Part shown: one piece after another, positions 1 to 9,906 of the stretch | Numbering within the stretch: the stretch's first letter is position 1 | Layout of the letters: each line of letters opens with the position of its first letter | Source: Reclinomonas americana ATCC 50394 | Taxonomy: Eukaryota | Length of the DNA stretch: 38,867 nt | Reading direction: 5' to 3' | Assembly: GCA_048213135.1 (NCBI GenBank) | Contig: PS015575.1 | Coordinates: forward strand, 1 to 38,867 | The notes under the pieces: model-generated | What the model saw: only the letters and a program-made list of their open reading frames with translations | The model's database searches: none | What the model was told of the DNA's origin: nothing | Position numbers and translations under genes: made by a program

Positions 1-813
1 GACAACGACAACGACGACAAGAGGAGGTGGAGGAGGAGGCTCCGCGAGCGATGGCGGTGGCGGCGGCTCACAGCGAGCTGCCGATTATAAATGGTAATAA
101 CGTGCCCTGTGTACTTGGTGTATGACGAGAGGCGGTGCGTGCTGCATGCGAGATAGGAGCCCGCTGCGACGGCTGCGTTGCAAGTGCCAACGCATATTCG
201 AACACATGCACATTTATGGGCAAACCAAGGAACAACTGACGCCGCGTGCCGGGTACTTGCACGCCGCCCACATCCACGCCCCATGCACCGCAGAAGGCAC
301 GCGGAGGGTGTACTCGCAAGGTGTCCGATGATGGACGAAACCGAAAATGAGTGAGTCATTTCTCCATGTGCATGGCCACCTCCCACCAGCACGAATGCTG
401 CTTCGCTGGTATTATCTCCTCCAGAAGGGAGGAGGGGGCAAGGCGATGCACGCAACGTGCAGTGCTGTTCGTGGCAAAACAAATCCGAACACACACCAAT
501 CCTCGCCCAACCAGGGAGGCGCTTTTCAGGAAGGCGGTGGTGACACGCCATGAACGCTACAGCACACGACACATACCCGTCGCCGACACGAGGCACGAGA
601 GCGAGCGATTAGGAAACGACAATACCACGGAAGTCGATTTCTGCATTTGGCAAAGAATCCCGTATTCAATCCAGCGCAAGATGCGGTGTGTGATCGAAGC
701 GTTTTGCAAACAGACCGAGAGCAGAGGCAGTCGTCGTGACCACGAGGGAAAGCAGCACACAGCAGCAAACACATTTTTGACACACATCAACTGACGACAC
801 ACATTCAACGACA

Positions 814-1306
814 ATGGCTTCACGTATCACATTGGTGAGTGAATGTGTGAGCGAGTGCTGCAGTGCTTTCTGTGAGGCTGAATAAGAAGTGTCGTTCTCT
901 CACACACTACACAACAGCCCGTCTTCTCCGCCGCTGTCTCATGCACCGCACTGTTCTTCCAAGTCGGAGTCCTCTACCCATGGGTGAGCGCGTGAGAAGA
1001 CAACACAATCCTCCTCGCTGATGACGCACTCGCACTCACTCTCTCAGACACACACGCACGCAGCACGAGGAGCTGAGCGAGGACTTTGAGCGACTGGAGA
1101 AGACACTGGTGGCGCGCAATCAGCACCTGGAAGAACGCCTCCTCTCCATTAGCCGTGTGGCGTTTTCTGGCAACTCCTCCTCTCCTTCCTCACACACCTC
1201 CACGGTCACCTCTGCGGCCGCTGCTGCTGGCGTGCACCATCATCACCTCAGCGCTGCTGCAGCTGCCAACTCAGCAAATGCCGCCACAGCTGCGCATGCC
1301 AAGTGA
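814..1306 (+). CDS. Small conserved membrane protein with FQVGVLYPWHEELSEDF motif (uncharacterised family known from fungi)
   Basis: Exons 814-834, 918-983 and 1064-1306 with GT-AG introns give MASRITLPVFSAAVSCTALFFQVGVLYPWHEELSEDFERLEKTL...AHAK*. The motif is recalled from small fungal proteins of the type FQVFVLYPWHxxLDxDF. Confidence 0.7.
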
Positions 1307-1522
1307 CCAGCAGCAATGTGAGAGAAGAGAGAGAAAGTGTACAGCAGCAAAAAGTCAAAGCGCGTTCAGGTTGTGAGCTTGTGTATGTGTGTGTGGTGTG
1401 TGTTTTTGAACAAGTGAAGCAAACGTGCTTGGTGCGACAATGTGCGTGGCGGGCAGAGGGTGATGTGTGCTCGAGCGCGCGCGCGTGCGCATACATATGC
1501 ATAGCACTGTCAATTCACAGAG

Positions 1523-2420
1523 ATGGACGCCGAGGAAGAGCAGCTGCCTGTGGCCGTGCAGTCGCTGGTGCGTCTACTACATGCGCGCGACACAGTGAGT
1601 GCTGCGACTGGTGCTCACCCCCCACAGCACAGCGCAGACGGGCGGCATTGTTATGGTTCCGTGGTCGGTTGTGCCGCACGTGTTGCTTCTCCGCGCTCAA
1701 CTCGTGGACGGTGTGTGTGCGTGTCTCTGTGTTGTGTGTGCTTTGTGTGGTTTATCACACACGCGCGCGCGCAGAGCCCAACGCGCGGTACTGTGCGAGA
1801 CGGGAGTTGCATTGTGCGCGACACGCAATGCGCGCATTGGAGAGCGAGGGTGATGAGCAAGGCGAGGAGTCTCTCGCGCGTTTTGTCATGCGATGCTTCC
1901 TGGTGGCCGACGCCGAGGTGCTGCTGTGGCGCTGCTGTCAGCACTGTGATGACATGATGGCGGCGGCGGCTGATGTGCTGCTGGACGATGAACCGCTGCT
2001 GACGGCGGAGAATGTGGAACTCGTTGTGCAGTTTGTCAGGCATCATCTCGATGAGCCGGTGGTGGTGCTGGAGAAGCCGCTGCGAGGGCCGTTCGAGGAG
2101 CTGGTGGCGCCGTGGGATGTGCAGTTCCTGAATCGTCCGCACGCCGATGTGATGCTGCTGGTGGTGGTGCGCTGATTATGAAGGCGCGGCGAGACAGCTG
2201 TGCGTCTTCTAAACTCGGCTGTGCCGCGCAGGTGGCGAATCGTCTGCAGGTCCCCACGCTGTTGGACTACGGTTCGGCCAAGATAGCGTCGTTGATGCGA
2301 GGTGTGGATTATTTACTATACGTGTGGGAGTGGTGTCATTCCTCCTCGCCTCACACGCGCTGTGCAGGCCAGACACCGGACCAGATACGTGCCATGTTCA
2401 ACATATGCGCCGATCCGTAA
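1523..2420 (+). CDS. Divergent Skp1-family protein (about 5 exons)
   Basis: The spliced product contains QFVRHH..LEKPL..LVAPWDVQFLN..ANRLQVPTLLDYGSAKIASLMRGQTPDQIRAMFNI, matching Skp1 POZ and dimerisation-domain motifs. It stops shortly after IRAMFNI. Confidence 0.85.
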
Positions 2421-2885
2421 TGGAGGGGGTAGGAGGAAGGGAGGGGAGAGAATGGAGGCGAAGTGGTGGTTCACTTGGTTGCACTTTTGACACCGGCGCG
2501 CACGTGTTTTCCCCCGTCGCTGTAAGAGAGCAAGAGGTGTGGCATGGTCAGTATCACTGCCTGTAATCGTGTAATTATCTGCCAACCACCTATATCGCTT
2601 TCGTGCCAGCTTCTTCGGCACCGTAAAAACGAGTGTGTGCGCTGTTTCCGAATATCACATTTGACCGCGACATCTTCCTCAACAGCGTCTGAGATCACTA
2701 TCACCGCTATGAGTGAAGCACCAGACCGCTGGCAGCGACAGCACGATTGGCACGACTCTGATTCATCGCGATCGGAAGAAGCGAAATCATCCGATCTCAC
2801 GGTGATATGATCTTCCTGCGTTTCGTACGTGTTGCTCGTGTTGCTTTTTTGTGCTTCTCGGTGGAGAACTGAAAGTCCCTTTCGA

Positions 2886-5050
2886 ATGACACTCTCTGTT
2901 ACTAGTCTCCTCGCTGCTGCGGCTCTTGTCGTCTGCTTGCTTGCGTGCTCTGTCCATGCTGGCGGATCTGCACATGGTTTGTTCGCTATCGCTTCGTGTG
3001 TACTCGTCGGCATTGTTGCTCACCGCAGCCCGTCACAGGTCGACCAGACCCACATCATGACTCGAACATTCCAGTTGGAGGCGGCCGCTGCTCTGCGGAC
3101 TCTGACTGCAACTACAACAATGGAAGTTGCGCGCGCCCCACATCACGCAGTGTGCACTGACTTGTCTCGTACTGATCGCCCACACTCCCCGTGCAGCTTG
3201 TGTCCGTGGCCACTGTGCATGCGGCAACGGAATGATTGTCGGTCAGTGGTGCCAGGTGAGTGTACCCATCGTGCGCTTGGTGTAGTTCTCCTGCCTAACG
3301 AATGTCGATCGATGGATGGCAAACACAGTGCCGACCGACTCAGACCGACGGCGTGTGCAAAGAAATGCCAAAGATGTACCTCGTCCACAACGTGTGTGTC
3401 AGTGCTGAACTGTGTGTGACGGTGACGGAGAATGAGCGACGCGGATTCCTGTCTGGAGGACAGCTGGTTTCCGACTGGAATGAGGAAGCGTTGCGTGTCA
3501 CTGATGAGAGCTTCAATTGATTTTTCATATATTTTTTCTCACGAGTCGCTGCGTACAGCATGCTCTGCGTCAAATCGTCGACCATGGGCCCGCCAGACGC
3601 TGCTCGTATGCTTGGCATGTTGCACTTGGCCATGCACGACGCCGCTCAGAACGTGCCGGGTGGACAAGTTGAGTCTCGCGCACGCGTGCGCTGCTGTCGT
3701 TCTCATGCTAGAAGCACTCACTCTTCCCTCCTCAGTACAAGAAATACAAGTACTCGCTGTCGTCTCGCGTGCCTCACGACGCCTCTCGCGAAGCTGCTTG
3801 TGCAAAGGCGGCGCGCGACTTGCTGTACCACGCATTCCCCGATCGCCAGTCGTTCCTCGATGATCGCCTCACCAAGCACCTCAGCGCATTGCGCCAGTCG
3901 GGAGCCAGCAAGGTACAATCGATGTGTGATGCTGTTTCTTCTTTCCCAGAAAACTCACCCCACACAACAGTCGGCTGGAGTGTCTATCGGCGCACAGATT
4001 GCCGCCACAGTCATTGCCGATCGCACAAATGACGGTGCATCGCTCCAGCCGCTGCCGTACGTCGTGCATCCGGAGGTGGGCTTCTACAAGCTCACGCCGC
4101 CGGGATTCCTGCAGCCGGCGGCGCAGCAGTACGCTCACGTGCTGCCGTTCACCATGACGGCGACGGACATGTTCCGGTTGACGCCGGACTCGCCGTTCTA
4201 CTCGGACGAGCTGAAGAAGCAAGCACCCTTCAATCCGACTGAATTCGTCAAGAGTGCCGCGTACACCAGCGCGTGGCAGGAAGTCAGTGCTTACGGTGGC
4301 CAAAGCAGCTCCGTGCGCACCGCCGACCAGGGGAACAGTGCGCTCTTTTGGCGCGTGGATCCGACTCCCGATCATGGCGTCATCACGCCTCCGGGTTTGC
4401 ACAATGTGCAAGCGCAGCAGTTTGTGGTGGCCCACAACTGCGACCTGCAGGTACGGACAACTCTTTGCAGTTTTTTACCGCGCGAGACTTGTTTTATCTC
4501 AGACACCCCTTGCTCATGTGCGCGCGCACAGAAAGCGGCTCGTATCTTTGCCCTGTTGAATATGGGGCTGCTCGATGGGGCCGTCATGGCGTGGGACATG
4601 AAGGTTTGTAACATGCAGCTTGTCCTTTGTTCCTAAAAGTGTCTGAGCGCAGCGCCGTGTGCGTAGATCTACTTCAACTTTTGGCGCCCGGTGACTGGCA
4701 TTCAACTGGCCAACACGGACAGCAACTCGGACACCTCGCCTGACTCCTCGTGGCAGTCGTACATTGTGACACCGAACCACGAGTCGACGCCCTCCGGTCA
4801 CTCGACGTTTGCCGGCGTGGGCGCCACCGTTCTCGGCCGTTTCTTCGATGACGCGACGCCCTTCACGCAGGAGGCTGACGAATTCCCCGGCATGTGGCGT
4901 CGGTGGGGCTCACTGAACGAGGCCGCGGAGGAGGATGGCCAATCGCGCATCTTGGGCGGTGTGCACTGGCAGTTCGACAACCAGATCGGTCTGACGTCGG
5001 GCCGTCTGCTGGCCAACTACGTCTGCGACAATTACCTGACACCCAACTGA
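2886..5050 (+). CDS. Vanadium-dependent haloperoxidase-like protein, copy 1 (signal peptide + Cys-rich/EGF-like region + PAP2/VHPO domain)
   Basis: Nine exons and a hydrophobic N-terminus. Contains WNEEAM..PPDAARMLGMLHLAMHDA and the vanadate-site motifs K-IYFNFW-RP, HESTPSGH and SRILGGVH. Confidence 0.9.
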
Positions 5051-6115
5051 GCAGCATGCAGCGCCCCCTGTTTCTCTCTGTGTTTTTCCATTGAACGAAA
5101 AGTACCTTCCATGTCTTGAGGATTTGCTGTATGCGCTCGGGTCGGTCTCCTCGGCGTGTGCTCGAAAGTTCTCTGCACAGCGCATGCATGCACACACACA
5201 CACACGCGCGCGCGCGCTCCAAGAAGAGGCCGCACACACCTTTCGGATATCGCGTGTTGTACCCTCGCACCGATGTCGGCACTTTCGTGTTCGCCACATG
5301 CAGTGCGTAGCGGTACAGCGAACGTGCTTCACTCAACAGCGATGCAGGCTGCCACTCGGCTTGCCATTGCACGACGAATAGGCAGAATGTCCGTCCGTCC
5401 CTTGTCTCTTCTCACGCGCCACCATGTGCAGAGGAGAATGCACGCGACGCCGTTGCACTGCTCACACATCGCGAGGCAGATGATGGAGTCGTTGACGACG
5501 ATGCAGAGCGTAATGTGCGTTGCGCTCGTTGTTCCGATCCCTCTCCCACTCTCTTCTTGACACACACTCGTGACCACACAGAGACTTTTACCGTGTGCGT
5601 GCGACTCAGCGCATGCGTCGTCGACTGCCGTGACGTGTGTCTCTTCTTGGCTGTCTGCGGCGCGCGCCGTCATGTTGGTGATGGGTGTTGTGTGGTGGAC
5701 GCGTGACTGTGCGCATGCGCAGCGGCAGTTGCGCAGCGCTGCGTGGTGTCATCTGTCTTCTGTTGTTGTGTTGATTCGAGCCCGCACACAGTATGTGTTT
5801 TGCCGGGATTCTATGCTGTGTTTGTGCTGGTGATGTGATGGCGAAGGACGGCAAGGCTTCTCCATTCGTCGCTTGCCGCAGTGGCGAGTTTGGAGAGCAG
5901 ATCCGATGATCGCTGTCCCGCCCGCGTACGCCCAGAACTCGCACTGCCTTTGTGTGCCGAGATGCGTGGCCTCTCCCACGAAGAGCGTTCTGGAAAGGCA
6001 ACAGGCCATTACAGAAGGTTTTTCCTGTACGGTGATTTTTTCGCGCGCATTTCTTCCTCGTAACGGCTTTCAGTCCTCTTTTTTTCCTCGGTGCGAGAGA
6101 TAGTGCAAGTGTGTA

Positions 6116-7583
6116 ATGCGATTAACACAGTTGCTGGTTGCAGTGACACTGTTGTTGACGGTTTTGCTCGTCACCTTCACGTTGACGAATGCTGGTGAGT
6201 CGCCTCGTGCTGCTGTGGTGTTTTGTTGTCTGTCACGTTTTCGCGCGCGCGCGCGACTGTGGCACGTGCAATCTCGTTCTCGTGCTCACCCCTGTATAAT
6301 TCTCTTGTGCTTCTGCTGTGATCTCTCAGACGCGGATGTGGAGACGGATGGTGAGAGACACGCGCAAAGTTGATAGCTTGGTCTCGTTTTGTTCACTTCT
6401 GCGCGGGAAATCATGATCAATGATTCGCCTATGCACACGCATGCACGTGCACACAATGGTGCCTCCGCTATACTCTTCTCTGACTCTCTGGCGCATAGCA
6501 GTGACCGAGGCAGCAGAGGACTTTGGTGAGCTGGAGGATGATGATTTGTTTACTGAAGTCGACGATGGAAGGTTGCCGGTGAGACTGAACTCTACTTCTC
6601 GTCTGTTTGTTTATCAATGTGATCTCTCACGTGCGATTTCCAGCGTGGTCCGCCCGGCGATGACGGCAAGCCAGGCAGAGACAGCAAGGTTTGGAGACAC
6701 ACGCGCACATGCACACATCGTAGTGACCGTCACTCATTGATAACTGTGTCGCAGGCTGGTCCTCGTGGCTCCGCCGGTTCCCCAGGAAAGCCAGGCAAAC
6801 ATGGCAAGGTGCAGTCGCTCAACTCCGTGCACGGTGCAACTCGATTGATGCCGCTGTTGCTGACACGCACTCTCCACGCACAGCGCGGCAAATCTGGCGC
6901 GCGTGGCAAACCAGGCAAGGTGTGGTGGTGGTGGTAGTGTTGTTTACGCACGGCTGAGGTAGGTGGCATGTTGACTTGATTGCATCGTGTCGTAGAGTGG
7001 TCGCAGACCGCCTGGAAAAAACGGCAAAGATGGATCGGTTTGTGTTGCCTGGCGCTTGTCCTCCTCGGCTCGCTTGCCCCCACTCACTCATGCATCTTGC
7101 GCGTGCAGCACGGAGCTCCTGGTCCGCACGGACCATCAGGTGACGACCGGAAGGTGAGGACGGCGATCTTGTGTGTCTGCCTGCTTTCCTGATGTTGCTC
7201 GTTCTCTCACGTTGCACTTTTCTCAGCCCGGCAGGAATGGCAACGACGGCAAGGCTGGACGGGTTTGTCCTTCCTCGTGTACATGCCATGTTGATGATCG
7301 ACTACTTGTACTCACTGTGCGCACATGTAGCCGAGACCTGCCGGTCTTCGTGGCCCTTCCGGCCACCGCGGCAAGCGCGGCAAGGTGAGTGTGTCAGTAG
7401 CATGGCATGCTACGCTTTGTGGTGTTCATGCATGCTCCTCAGCGTGGACATCCCAGCTGCAGTCGCGATAGCAAGGATGGTGAAAATGGATTGTTATGTG
7501 TTGGTGTGCCTGACGACTCTTGTGCTGACCGTTGACTTTCTTTCCAGTCGGGCAAGGACGGCACAGACGACGCTCCCGGCAAG
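6116..7583 (+). CDS. Secreted collagen-like (Gly-X-Y) micro-exon gene, partly degenerate and 3'-truncated or fused to VHPO copy 2
   Basis: Signal exon 6116-6194, then acidic exons 6330-6350 and 6499-6578. GXY exons follow at 6644-6688, 6755-6808, 6884-6919, 6996-7037, 7109-7153, 7227-7262, 7331-7384, 7443-~7493 and 7548-7583 (e.g. AGPRGSAGSPGKPGKHGK). Several Gly positions are substituted. Confidence 0.8.
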
Positions 7584-7719
7584 GTACACCTTCCCCTGCC
7601 TGTTATCTGCGCATATTGCGACACAGTAGCACTCGTTCACAACAGTTGATCTAGTCGTGTAGCGCACATCCTCGCATCTGCACGTTTTTTTGTTTTCTAA
7701 CGGTCTTTACTCTGCGCAG

Positions 7720-9793
7720 ACTCACACTACTTCGATCCCAGCATCCCCAAAGGCGGTGGCGCATGCAGCACCAAGGCCAACTGTAACAACAATGGCTGTT
7801 GCGTTCATGTCGTCGTCGCGCGTCGTGTGGATGATTCTGTCTTACCGGTTGTCAAACTCTGTGCACAGCATGCGTGGCCGGCAAGTGTGTGTGCGGCAAG
7901 GGCATGATCGCTGGCCTCTGGTGCCAGGTGCCAATCTCTCTCTCGGCGATGCAAGTGACTGTGCTGGAGACTCACCGCTCCTGTATTCATGTGATGCAGT
8001 GCCGTCCGACGCAGACCGACGGCGTGTGCCGCTTGCGGGAAAAAATGTACCTCGTGCACGATGTGTGCGTGGCCGCCGATGTGTGTGTGGCCACCACGCA
8101 AGCGGAGCGCGCCAGCACGCTCACGGGCGCACAGCTGGTCTCGCAGTGGAACGATGCAGCGTTGCGCCACTTGTTGTCTTTCTTGTTTCCGCGCGCTTTT
8201 CTGTTGTTTTGACGCGGGCATGCAGCATGAAATCGATCAAGGCGAACCAGATGCCGCCGCCCGACGCGGCGCGTATGTTGGCCATTATGCACCTAGCCAT
8301 GCACGATGCCATCCAGAACGTCCCTGGCGGTCGGGTGCGTTTCTCTTCGGTCACCAACGGTCGCATTGGCGATCGTCGGTGTTTATCTTCAGTCGCTCAC
8401 CACACCCTCTCTCTCCCCAACCACGCAGTACAAGAAGTACAAGTACGTAGCCACGCAGTGCAACAAGTACGTAACCACGAAGTACAAGAAGCGCAAGCAC
8501 GTGACCGGCAGCACTCCGGCTGCCAACACATCCCGTGAGGCTGCCGCCGCTCAGGCCGCCCATGACGCTCTCTGCTTCTTCTTCGCCGCCCGCAAGCCGG
8601 TGTTGGATGCTCTGCTGGCACAGCACCTGGCGACGATCGCCGACGGCGCATCCAAGGTTTGCGACGCTCTCTTAATCTTCCCCTCCCCTCACCTCACTCG
8701 CGCCGCGCAGACGCAGGGCATCGCGCTCGGATCCACCATTGCCGCCATGATTCTGGCCGATCGTGCCACCGATGGCGTGTCGAACCCAGCGCCGCCATAC
8801 GTTGTGAATCCCGCCGTCGGCTACTACAAGCTGACGCCGCCCAGCTTTGGCCAGCCGGTGGCGCAACAGTACCCGTTTGTGCGACCGTTCGCCATGCTCA
8901 CGCAGGGCATGTTCCGCATCACACCGTCGTCTCCGTTGTACTCGGACTACATCAAGTCCACAACGCCGTTCAACCCGACCACCTTTGTCACGACAGCGGC
9001 CTACACCACCGCCTTCCAGGAGGCAAAGGACTATGGAAGTGCGAACAGCACCAAGCGCACCGCTGATCAGGCGCAGACTGCTCTCTTTTGGCGCGTCGAT
9101 CCAGTCGGCACCGCCCAAGTCATCACACCGCCGGGCCTGCACAACACTCAGACACAGCAGTTTGTGCTGGCTCACAACCGCGACCTGCAAGACGCGGCAC
9201 GCATCTTTGCGCTGCTGAACATGTCGCTGGCCGACGCGGCCATCATGTGCTGGGACATGAAGGTTTGTTGCTGCCCTCTTGCATCCCGATCGCAGGCACA
9301 GACTGCTCGCAAATGCCTTACACAATCGTGTGTCTTCGTGCAGCTGAACCTGAACTTCTGGCGCCCGGTGACTGGCATCAGCAATGCTGACATTGACAAC
9401 AACCCGTCGACCGCCAAGGACGCTTCATGGAGCTCGTACATTATCACGCCGCCGCACCAGTCCACGCCGTCGGGACACTCGAGTTTTGCTGGCGCTGGTG
9501 CCACCGTCTTGGCAGCGTTCTTCGACGAGGAGACTCCGTTGCGTCGCGATCGTGGTCGAGTATCTGAGAGAGGTTGTCGCTCACAAGTATACTACTTCCA
9601 TAGGTGGACGCAAGAGGCCGACGAGTTTGTCGGCATGTGGCGCCGCTGGGGATCGCTGTGGGAGGCAGCCGCCGAGAACGGCCAGTCGCGCATCTATGGC
9701 GGTGTGCACTGGCAGTTCGACAACCAGATCGGTCTTACGTCGGGCCGTCTGCTGGCCAACTACGTCTGCGATAATTATCTGACACCCAACTGA
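7720..9793 (+). CDS. Vanadium-dependent haloperoxidase-like protein, copy 2 (no signal-peptide exon of its own)
   Basis: Near-identical to copy 3 from about 7671 onward. Motifs K-LNLNFW-RP, HQSTPSGH and SRIYGGVH are present and the frame stays open after splicing. Confidence 0.85.
8421..8504 (+). repeat. Degenerate triplication of a splice acceptor/exon start in VHPO copy 2
   Basis: Units 8421-8450, 8451-8474 and 8475-8504 each start CCACG(C/A)AG, adding 54 nt relative to copy 3. Confidence 0.85.
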
Positions 9794-9906
9794 GCATGCA
9801 GCAGCATGCAACCTGTTTCTCTTTGTTTTTCCATTGAACGAAACAGACCTTCTTGTATCGAGGACAATCTCATTCTCATTTTGGTTTGAGTTGGAGAGAA
9901 GAAGAG

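Noticed and set aside
1-800. Possible 3' end of a gene (1-97) and exon-like fragments at 100-780
   Set aside because: The frame is ambiguous, there is no recognisable domain, and no consistent splice model could be built.
5150-6060. Exon-like pieces (e.g. EENARDAVALLTHREADDGVVDDDAERN flanked by AG/GT) between VHPO copy 1 and the collagen gene
   Set aside because: They could not be joined into an open, recognisable gene. They may be pseudogene debris.
6644-7583. CRISPR-like or mobile-element interpretation of the regularly spaced GGCAAGGT motifs
   Set aside because: They are Gly-Lys codons plus splice donors of collagen micro-exons. No cas or transposase genes are present, and the context is eukaryotic.
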